DNA of 64,000 nt, from the NCBI GenBank assembly GCA_964016885.1, contig OZ024741.1, positions 161,572,001-161,636,000 on the forward strand, given 5' to 3'. Origin of the DNA: Eledone cirrhosa. Its lineage: Eukaryota. Each line of letters begins with the position of its first letter. The first letter of the stretch is position 1. Shown here piece by piece: positions 61,472-64,000 of the stretch. A program made the translations under genes and the position numbers. Under the pieces are notes generated by a model, which saw nothing but the letters and a program-made list of their open reading frames with translations, was not told where the DNA came from and did no database searches.

Positions 61472-64000
61472 TGTGGGTATGGTGTGGCGTGCGGCGGCCG
61501 GAAGCTGGGGAGTGCTTGACCGGAAGGGTGCTTGGCCGGAAGCGTGCTCGACCGGAAGGGCCAGCAGATCGGCTTCTCTCTAGTGGTGACCAGGAATGGT
61601 GTGGACGCGAGTTTTGGCAGCTCCCGGTGTTAATGAGTTGGACGCATGTGGAGGAGGAGAAACCAGCAATGGGATTTAGCGGCGCCTATGAAAAGCGGTA
61701 AGTGAGATAGCTTTTTCTAACCACAAGCTATTTCGGCACTGGAAACTGAGATCTGATTGAAAAATAAAAAAAAAAAAAAAAGACTTTCTCGAAAACAAAG
61801 CTAGTGGAAAAACAGAGAGGAGTCTGTTGTTTTTTTTTTTTATCACGTACCGCAAGACAAATTAGGATATGGCGACGAACGAGTGAAGTGATTAGGGCAT
61901 TTACCGGCTGGTCGCAAGCTTACAGAAGATAGATGTGGCTGGCCTCATGGCACTGTACCTCGAGGGGGACGCGTTGGTACTCTTCCTTGAGTTGGATGAA
62001 CACAGCTAAAGAGATGCGCAAAAGATTGAGAGGCGCATGATGGAAGCGTTCGCAGAGGGACCGTTAGCCGCTTTTGCTAAGCTGGCAAGAATTAGATGGA
62101 ACGGTGAACGCGTGGACATTTTCACAGCGGAAATACGGCGATTGGCCATGTTGGCTGGATATCAGGTGGAATGCGAACGCACGGTGCGGTTGGCGTTCAT
62201 AAATGGATTTCCAGACGACATAGCGGTGAAACTGCAGCAAGTCCCGGGTTACAAAGAAATGGAAATGCGTTCACTAGTGGAACAAGCCTGGATCATAGCA
62301 GAAAATGCCAAGAAGAGTGTCGCGGCGATAGCAACTACAGAGGCTCAAGACAGCGAAATGGTGAAAGGGAGACAACCACAGCACGCGGTCGCCCGCGAAC
62401 GTTTAGAGGTCGCTGTTTTAGGTGCCAGGACCCGCACATGGCTAGAGACTGTAGAGAGTCAAGGCCGGAAATAATATGCTACCGGTGTAAGCGACCAGGC
62501 CACATCGCTACTAACTGCGACTGGGGAAATGATCCAAGGGGAACTACTGCGCCGGTAGTTGCCCCTTACGAGTAGAGGCGCTGCCCGTGGTGGAAGTCTT
62601 CGTGAGGGGAAAGCCACAGCGAGCCCTCGTGGATACGGGCTGTACGATGACACTGGTGACCGCGGGGGTGGAGCAGAGGTGGAGAAGGAAGAGCAGCGTA
62701 AGGGCACTCGACGGAAGGAAAATTGAATGCCGTGGTCGCAGCGAGGTGGAGATAGCGGTACGGGGAAGGAAAATAAGGCTTTCTGCCATTGTAGTTGATA
62801 ACGTGGTGGATGGGATCGGCGTGGTTATGGGCATGGACGCAATTGGCTGTCTAGGAGGCGTCACAGTGAACAACGTCGGTGTGTCGTTTGGCGGCGCTGC
62901 ATCGGTATGCGCTGTGAGAACGCGACAGGAGAACCAGAAGGCCCACGAGGAGAAATACCCCGCTTACACTGTGCAGGACAAAGACTTCAAGGCCGTGTTC
63001 GATGGGCAGCGATGGGTTGTTGAGTGGTACTGGAAGGGAGAACCACCAACACTGAAGACCAAAGTGGGCTGCTATCAACACACATTGAAGGGAAACATTA
63101 GGAGCGAGTTCGAGCGAGAGGTAGAGAGATGGATTGAGGAGAGCATACTGCTTCCCTGGAAAGAGGAGGTGAAGTGTGGAGTATTGCCGTTAATGGCGGT
63201 GGCGCAACCCACGGAGAACAAGGTGAGGCCGGTGCTGGACTTTCGGGAGCTGAACGAGCACGTGTCATGCCACACGGGTGGCGAGGTCACGGATATCTGT
63301 GGGGAAACCCTGCGTGAGTGGAGACGCATGGCGGGTTCAGTAATCGTAGATCTAAAGTCGGCATACTTGCAATTGCATATAGATGAGAAGCTCTGGCAGT
63401 ATCAGCTGGTCAGGTATAAGGGCCGGACATATTGTCTGACCAGGCTCAGTTTCGGGCAGAGCTCCGCACCGAAGATCATGGCGGCGGTCCTCAAGACCAT
63501 TCTGGGAAAGGCCGACAAGATGAAGAGGGCCACTAACTCCTACATTGACGACATCCTAGTGGACTAGTCTGTGGTGTCGGTTGTCACGAGCCATTTATAC
63601 ATTGACATCCTAGTGGATGAGTCTGTGGTGTCGGCGGTCACGAGCCATTTACAGGGGTATGGACTGGCTGCGAAGCCGTCAGAAGCGTTCGAGGGAGGCT
63701 CCGCGCTGGGACTTAGGCTACGGCAAGACAGGACAGGCGTCTTGGTATTCCAGAGGGGAAATGAAGTTCCAGAACTGGGCCCAAGTATGAGTAGGCGGGA
63801 GCTTTTCTCGGTGTGTGGAAAGTTGGTGGGTCACTACCCGATTGCTGGGTGGCTCTGGACGGCATGCAGCTATGTCAAGAGACGAGCGGGAGGGGTGACT
63901 TGGAGTGACAGAGTGGACGGTGGCCATGATGCAGGAGATCGTGGGGAGGGTGAAGGCCAACGACCCAGTGCGGGGACGCTGATATGTTCCCAAATCGCAG
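61472..64000 (+). mobile_element. Gypsy/Ty3 LTR retrotransposon, degenerate, continues past the window
   Basis: TG start; gag with CFRCQDPHMARDC and CYRCKRPGHIATNC; protease ALVDTG; RT motifs RPVLDFRELN, DLKSAYLQL, YIDD; GC-rich; stops and a ~57-bp duplication at 63541-63651. Confidence 0.92.
62587..63567 (+). pseudogene. Gypsy pol (protease and RT), truncated by a stop after YIDDILVD
   Basis: ORF track translation; the RT frame is broken by the duplication. Confidence 0.85.

Overview
AT-rich, microsatellite-laden eukaryotic DNA, most consistent with a cephalopod (octopus-like) genome; this assignment is inferred from the repeat content. One host gene is recognisable: a minus-strand SLC5A7/high-affinity choline transporter-like gene with seven splice-consistent coding exons (57732 to 37520). 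I could not find its 3' exons in the window. The rest is mostly transposable elements in (TA)n tracts: two abundant RTE LINE families with a PHD-like zinc finger inside the RT (one copy with an uninterrupted ~1037-aa ORF), a third RTE with C-terminal C2H2 fingers, tRNA-derived CORE-like and Meta-like SINEs, DD37D (maT) mariner elements, a hAT MITE, Helentron-like elements and a decayed Gypsy element. The least obvious signal is a set of about ten type I hammerhead ribozyme motifs in several unrelated non-coding families. These occur as ~400-440-bp partial tandems (retrozyme-like) or as long near-perfect palindromes (Penelope pLTR-like), nearly all embedded in TA microsatellites. All structures were folded by eye; no searches were run.
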